Shown here piece after piece: positions 57,411 to 64,000 of a stretch of DNA of 64,000 nt; the first letter of the stretch is position 1, and every line of letters starts with the position of its first letter. Source of the DNA: Lama glama (taxonomy: Eukaryota); contig CM052826.1 in assembly GCA_028534125.1 (NCBI GenBank), positions 16,740,001 to 16,804,000 of the forward strand. The letters run 5' to 3'. The notes under the pieces are model-generated. The model saw only the letters and a program-made list of their open reading frames with translations, made no database searches and was not told the origin of the DNA. The translations under genes and the position numbers were made by a program.

Positions 57411-59914
57411 CATATGATTTTATATTTGACACATACACATGAACCATCACAAGTACATGGCAGGCACATCTTCAGTTTTACCAGATACCTTCAGGTTCCT
57501 TTCTCACCCTCCTTCTCCACAGCCATCGCGTGCTTCTCTTCTGCCCCCACCTCAAGTATAAGCACCCTTGAGGGATCTCCCTTTGACTCCCTTCTCTTCT
57601 TCTAAGCTTTCTCTTTGGCAAACAGCATCCGTGCTGTGGCTTCAACTCTCACGTCTGTGGGTATCCCCTGTGTCCACTAGGACGAGATTCAGTTTTTAAA
57701 AGAGAAGAAAAGAAATAAAAGAGAAGTGATGACTCAAACAAGAGAGATATGTTTTTCTCTCACTGTCAGGCTGACTGGCACTGTTTGTGTGAAAAGGCCT
57801 GAAATTCCATGTGTTGCTTTGGTGTCTGAGCCTCACAGGGCCCCAAAGGCCTAGATGTGAGTTTCTGTGCTTTTGTCAGATAGGCACCCCTACCCCAACC
57901 AGTGGGAAAGGCTCCCCACCTGACTAGTTCTCTATCACCCAGACCAGCCACACCTCATCTGGTCCCCTAATGGGTTTCACCTCTCTGCCACACCAAGAAG
58001 TTATTCAAACAAGCCAATCACATCCTCCTATGGGAACCAGAGGTCACCCCACCCTTTTGTCACCACCAAGTCCACCTCTCGTAGCCCTTACTTCTTGGCT
58101 CTGCTCCCAAGTGCACCTCCCACATATGGCTCTACATTGTGTACAATGTCCTCTTCCAATTCTGGCCTGTGAGTATTTGTGACTAATTAAATGATGATGA
58201 GCTCAGCTATCCAATGTTAGGTGTCATGTGTTTGGCCATCTATACTATTTAGGGCATGTGATTCCTCTTTCAGTAGGGCAAATAGCAAGTGATCAAAACA
58301 CTGGTCAGTCCATGGATAGCGCAGACTTCCATGGTATGTGAGACCCAAGTTCCTTCTATTTTGTTGCCCTACCATTCAAGGCCTCTAGTTCCAAGACAAT
58401 GTCATGGCCCAATATGGCTGATAGAGTTCCAGCCATCACATCTACATTGCAACAGTAGGAAACAGAAAGGCACCCCCCACTTCCTCAAAGTTGCACATAC
58501 CACAGCTGCTTATACAGTCATGTGACCACATCTACCTGCAAGGGAGCCTGGGAAATGTAGTTCTTTATTTTAGGCAGCCATACGCCCAGCTTAGTATCAG
58601 TAGTATTATGGATTGGGTCCAGATCCTGAAGGGCTCATCAGTAAGACGAAGGCTCATTGAGGAGTTTGGCCTTAGTCTGTGTCTCAGGACTGGATGCCAT
58701 CAGAAGATGAGGAGGGGCAGGCCCAAGGTGTGTCTTGGGATTGTTAACTGGTACTGAGTTAAGATCCCTCCTTTCCCTTTCCAACTGGGAAATTGTATTT
58801 TCCATAAGCTTCTTGCTCCCTCCCACATCAATCCTGCCCCTTCTTCCCCACTAACCAAAATGAGACCAGGTTGCTGCACCATCTACTCTGTGTTACTGCA
58901 ACTGTCCCTTGTCCCCCTGACCCAACAGTCCTCCCTACTCTGAGATCAGAGCCTCAGGGGAACCAAGAGACACCCTTCCCTATGCAAATCTCCCCATAGG
59001 TACAGACACAATCGTACATGCAGTTCATAAAAGTGTACTAAATGCTGATTCTGCCAGGCTCTATGTTGGTGGACCATACTCTGTTGCTATCCCTGCAGAA
59101 CTCCCTCCTGGGCAGGGCAGGGCAGCGGAGGACTGGGTTGGGCTGGGCAGAGCTGGAATGGGCAGAACTGGGCTGAGCACGGCAGAGCATATAGCAGGGA
59201 GTTCGTTACATGATGATAAAGCCAGTGGGTCATTTATAAGAGTAGTGGTTAAGTTTCTAGCCAATCAACACATTCTATCTCTCTGGCCACAGGGACTGAT
59301 TCCAGATGGATATGTGACCAAAGCTTAGGCCAATGATAGCTTGGGGCTTTCAGCTGGACAAAGCTGGGGATATCTTGGCATTACACAGAGAAGCCTGCTG
59401 GTAGAACTGAGAGTTAAGTGAGAGACTCCATCCTGAGGATGTCATTTGAGGCCCTGGATCCAGCTATGCCTGAAGGACACCCCCCTCAACGTTTCCTTTC
59501 ATGAGTTAATAAATACCCTTGTTTGCGTTAGTTAATTTGAATTGGATTCTCTGTCCTTTGCAACTGTAAGAGGCCTGCCAGAAACTCACACAGCTTGGTT
59601 CTCACTGCTGTTTCCCTTGGGGCTAGGATCAGTGTCATAGTTCAGTAGCTCCTTGGGGCTGGTCCCATTATATTGCTAGGAAGCCTGAGTCGCTTCTACA
59701 CGATGTCCAAGCTAGTGGCTGTAGTCCCACCTGGAGAACTTGGAGTGGGGCCTGCTGTTCTCTTCTCATCAAAGCTAAGACCTGTCTTCTGTCCCAGCCC
59801 TGAGGGTCCTCTCACAGGAGGCCACACAGTCCTGGGAAATATGGTCAAATGACTACCTCTTTGGGTCCAAGTTTCCTCCTCTGTGGAAGTGGGGGTTAAT
59901 AATACAGACACCCT

Positions 59915-60027
59915 GGGGGGAGGGTATAGTTTAGTGGTAGAGTGCATGCTTAGCATGCACAAGGTCCTTGGTTCAATCTGCAGTGCCTCCACTAAATAAA
60001 TAGATAAATAGTTAAAATTAAAAACAA
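59915..60027 (+). mobile_element. tRNA-derived SINE (camelid type) with TSD
   Basis: ggggggagggtatagtttagtggtagagtgcatgcttagcatgcacaaggtccttggttcaatc; TSD aatacagacac 59901-59911/60028-60038. Confidence 0.9.
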
Positions 60028-61741
60028 AATACAGACACTCTGTCTCTTCATCATTCTCCCACATCTTGGTCCCTTCTTCCCACCCACCTGAGATACTTCA
60101 CTTTTATCTCTCCATGGCTTGACCCCCAAGTCCCCTATAGTAGATACTGTCTAGGGCCTACCATGGCCCCCTCAGGCCTCAACATCAGGCACCTAATATC
60201 TCTTTAGGGATGGGGCCTGCTCTACCCAGAGTGCCAGGGAATTTAGGCCCCTTGGGGGCAGCCCTCAACCAGTGACTGATGGAGAGAGTTGGAGGATCAA
60301 TACCCCAGCTGTCTCACCCCTTGGGTGGGATGATTCTGATCTCCCAGTGTTCCCCAGCAGGACTGAACCCCAGCTGCCTATGGCAGGAATTTGCTTGATA
60401 ACGAGAGTGACCAACAATCCCAACCTGCCCAGGACTGAGGGTCCATGGGGTGTAGGATTTTGAGGTCTAGAACTGGCAAGTTCCAGACAAGTTGATTTCA
60501 CTTGTGATAACTCATTGATTTTTGACTGCTCCCTTCCTTCCCTCTGCCACATTGCTGCTTCCCTATAGCTGCTGTCTCCAGGACAAATGTACTCAATCCT
60601 CATCTCAGTCTTTTTCTGAGAGATCCCAACTTCCTTCATGCCCTTCGAGCAGCCAAGCTGAGCATGGGGGGAGGGGCAGATTCTGTGCTGAGAACTTTCT
60701 GGTTTTGCCTTGTGACAGCCTTTAGAGGAAGGGTCTTCTGTCATCTCTATTTTATACGTGGAAAAGCTGATATTCGGGCAGGAAAACTTCTAGTCTGAAG
60801 TCACCGCACTGGTGAGTGGAGCATTTCCGGGGATCGGACTTTGGGCAGAGACAGGCTTCCTCATCCCTCTGCACACAATGTCACTCTGCTGTTGAGGGCC
60901 TGGGGCTGCCAGGCATTCATTGTCTCACCTACTCCTGATGCATCATCCCATTTAATCCTTACACCACTCCCGAGAGGCGAGACAACCATTCCCCCACTTT
61001 GCAGAGCAGGAAACCAAGGCCAGAGAGGTGGCAGAGCCCAGGTTCAAACCCAGGCAGGCTGCCCCTGAGTGCACATCCTTAACCACAGGGCTGGTGCCTC
61101 GATACGTGTAATTTCCTTTGGGCGGCAGCTGTGGCCATTTGGGGAGGGGGGAATCTCACTGCCAGTGAGGCCAGCGGGCAGTGGGGGAGGAGAGGCCTAG
61201 ATGGCAGACCTGGCTGGGAGCTCCCAGGCTGGTGTCTGGACTGGCAGGCTGAGCCCAGTCCTGCCCTGACCCCTCGCTGCCAGCCCCAGTTCCTTGAGGA
61301 CTCTCCTGTGCCCTGAAGTGTCCTCCACTCCTCTGCCCCCACCCCTACTCCTGCGGTCGGCCCAAATACCAGACAGGGCGAATCTCAGCTTTCCCCCAAA
61401 CATTCTTTGCTCCTGTGGCCCGGCCCAGGCTGGCCGAGGTTACGCAAGCAGAGCTGGGGTGGTGGAGGGGCGCGGAGGGTGGGGGGAGGCGGGTGGGACG
61501 GAGGGGATGGGCTGGCCTGTCCTCACCACCCCATCTGGCGCCTGCCCGCCCTCTGCAAGGCGGGGAAAGGGTGGGCCAGCTTCCCTGAGCCCCTGGGAGA
61601 ACAGGCTGGGGGGAGGGTGGCCTGTGCCGAGAGATGGGGGGCGGTGGTGGCCACAGCAGAACCTCCAGGAGGTGACCGCCTGGTTTCCATTAGGGAGCCC
61701 TGGTCAGAAGTTCGGGCAAGACGGCAGAGCTGAGGCTGGCT

Positions 61742-64000
61742 ATGGTAAGGTAGGGCAGGGGAGGGTCTGAGGGTGGGGCCTGCCTGCCCACCCACCCCAC
61801 TGTAGGGATGCTCCTGTTGCCATGGTGACCCAGTGCCCATCTGAGGACACCCTGACCCGTCCCTCAACTCCCAGCGGCTGAGCATATTGCTGCTGCTCCT
61901 GCTGCTGCCTGGCCACCCACCCACCCTCGGCATGGAGGACGCCTCCTTCCCCCACCTAGGGGAGAGCTCGCAGCCCCCGCCCCGGGCCTGCCCCCCACGC
62001 TGCTCCTGTCCCCGAGCTGACACAGTGGACTGCGATGGCCTGGACCTGCGGGTGTTCCCGGACAATATCACCAGGGCAGCTCAGCACCTCTCCCTGCAGG
62101 TGGGGCCTGGGGGTGCAGGGTAGCACCCAGGGGAAGCAGGGAGGAGAATGGGAAGTGCTGGAGTTGAGGGTGTTGGGGCGTGGGGTCCCTGTGCAGGGAT
62201 GAGGCACTGGGCATGTGGGTCTTGGCACTGGTGAAAGCTGGCCTTGAGAGCGCAGGGGACTGTATGTCAGAGGTGAGAGGAGGCGGGGGTACAGATGTTG
62301 GAAGTGGGAGAGGGGCTGAGAGTTTAGGGGTGGATGTCTTGGTGATTAGGAGTTGCTTAGGATTGGTTTGATGGGGCATTTGGGGTCAACTGTAGGGGTG
62401 GATGGGGTGTGGGGGGGCTAATGTCTTTTTGGTTACTGGGCTGTTACTGGATAAAGAGGTAACAAGGCATTTCGGATCGAGTATGGGGTGATGGGGCCTT
62501 GGGGCTCACTGTTTAGGCTGATGGGAAGCTGAGACTCAGAGCTCGGGGTCATCTGTTGAGGGCTCAGGGTCACGGGCGTCAGGGTGTGAGTGCCCCCACC
62601 CTGCCCCACAGAACAACCAGCTCCAGGAGCTCCCCTACAACGAGCTGTCACGCCTCAGTGGTCTGCGGACCCTCAACCTCCACAACAACCTCATCTCCTC
62701 CGAGGGTGAGGGGGACAACGGGAGGCCGCCTCTCCCCAGCACAGTCCCCGCTGCCCTCTCTCTGTGGCTTGGTCTGTGGGCAGCTCTGCGGTAGTTCCCA
62801 GAACTGCCCTTTGCTGAGCAGGATGGAAACTCAGGGGGTGGGGGTGGGAGCTGTGGCTTTTGAGGACAAGGAGGGGCAGTGCTCGGAGGAACCTCTGCCA
62901 GTCCCCGGCTGGATGGGAGCACAGGCTCTCCCCTGCCCTCCCCCACCAGGACTGGGGTCCCCTCACCGCCCACCTCACTCACAGGCCTGCCGGATGAGGC
63001 CTTTGAGTCCCTCACCCAGCTGCAGCACATCTACGTGGCCCACAACAAGGTGAGCCCCCTCCTCACCCCAACTCCTCGAATCCCCTGCCCAGGCCTGGCC
63101 CGGCAGGGGTGCAGCCCAGGAGGGGTGCAGATGGGACAGCGTGGGGCTGGAAGGGGACCACCTGGACCATTGCAGCTGTGTTCCCGCAGCTCTCTGTGGC
63201 TCCCCAATTTCTGCCCCGCTCCCTCCGTGTTGCTGATCTGGCTGCCAATGAAGTGACAGAGATCTTCCCGCTCACCTTTGGGGAGAAGCCGGCTCTCAGG
63301 TAGCCCCTGGCCCAGCCCAGGTCCCCCTGGGGTCTCAGACATGCCTGGGATCACTCCTTACCCTGGGGATCCGAGGGGGATCGTGAGCCCACTCTGCAGG
63401 GATCTGGAGGGGAGACAGGACCCTGGATGCTCTGTCTGGAGAATTCCAGACTGAAGTGGAGGGAGCACACACACACTCACACCCCCACACTGAAGGCAGC
63501 CCTGACCTGGGGTGCAGGGTGGTGGGGAGGCCAGGGCCAGGCTGGTGGCCGGAGCCTGGCTCCCCTCAGGTCCGTGTACCTCCACAACAACCAGCTGAGC
63601 AATGCCGGCCTGCCCCCCGACGCCTTCCGCGGCTCCGAGGCAGTCACCACCCTCAGCCTTTCCAGCAACCGGCTCAGCTATGTGCCGCCCAGCCTGCCGC
63701 CCTCGCTGGAGCGACTCCACCTGCAGGTACCCCTCCTTCACCTCACCACCCCCGTGTCCCCACCTCCTCGGGCCCCCTGCACCTCTCTCCTAGGGGACCC
63801 CTCCACCTCCTCACAATTCCGGCCATAGGAAATGTCTCTCTCCAAGTCTCTTCCCTGTGCATGGGTCATACACAGGTGCTCTCTGAGCAGATGTGCTCAG
63901 GCGAGCTCCTCCTCCCTTACTCTAGAACCCTCCGTGGCTCCCTGCTGCCCTCTATCCTGGACCGTCAGTCTCATTCTCTTCTCCCTTCCCAGGACAACCT
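61742..64000 (+). CDS. PODNL1: Podocan-like 1 (small leucine-rich repeat protein), 5' part, truncated by window end
   Basis: join(61742-61744,61875-62099,62612-62705,62985-63049,63190-63299,63570-63726,63993->64000); M|[13 protein letters not shown] signal peptide, CPPRCSC...VDCDG LRRNT cap, LxxLxLxxN repeats; synteny with DCAF15/RFX1. Confidence 0.94.
61875..62099 (+). CDS. PODNL1: PODNL1 exon (signal peptide + LRRNT)
   Basis: [31 protein letters not shown]...AQHLSLQ. Confidence 0.94.
62612..62705 (+). CDS. PODNL1: PODNL1 LRR exon
   Basis: [31 protein letters not shown]. Confidence 0.94.
62985..63049 (+). CDS. PODNL1: PODNL1 LRR exon
   Basis: [22 protein letters not shown]. Confidence 0.93.
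63190..63299 (+). CDS. PODNL1: PODNL1 LRR exon
   Basis: [37 protein letters not shown]. Confidence 0.93.
63570..63726 (+). CDS. PODNL1: PODNL1 LRR exon
   Basis: [52 protein letters not shown]. Confidence 0.94.

Noticed and set aside
57790-58305. Possible ERV1-type solo LTR with CCAAT box
   Set aside because: Looks LTR-like but family and boundaries could not be supported by eye.
59915-59990. tRNA-like sequence with A and B boxes (also at 1787, 7400, 54590)
   Set aside because: Followed by A-rich tails and flanked by target-site duplications, with diverged stems: SINE copies, not tRNA genes.

Overview
Mammalian genomic DNA, probably a camelid (four copies of a tRNA-derived Vic-1-type SINE; inference from recalled consensus), syntenic to the human RFX1-DCAF15-PODNL1 cluster. 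It holds the complete RFX1 gene (+; CpG-island promoter and non-coding exon 1 at ~8.3-9.9 kb, 20 coding exons 15965-37877, 975 aa), the complete DCAF15 gene (-; 13 coding exons 46999-39727, 600 aa, exon 6 partly in an N gap) tail-to-tail with RFX1, and the 5' part of PODNL1 (+; 61742 to window end). The regions 1-8.2 kb and 47.6-61 kb are mostly L1, MaLR/ERVL LTR, MIR/L2 and DNA-transposon relics (family names by eye, boundaries approximate). Best novelty candidates: (1) a 53-bp inverted repeat in DCAF15 that in the pre-mRNA would form a long-range duplex (49 Watson-Crick, 3 G-U, 1 A-C) starting at +6 of the exon-6 donor and covering the exon-8 donor, predicting skipping of exons 7+8, frameshift and NMD; (2) a hidden CpG-rich, in-frame, phase-0 Pro-rich exon in RFX1 intron 7; (3) an upstream AUG in RFX1 exon 1 that splices in frame to the CDS through an A23 tract; (4) near-perfect RFX X-boxes on RFX1's own start codon, upstream of DCAF15 and in PODNL1 intron 1. 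None of these has been checked against databases.
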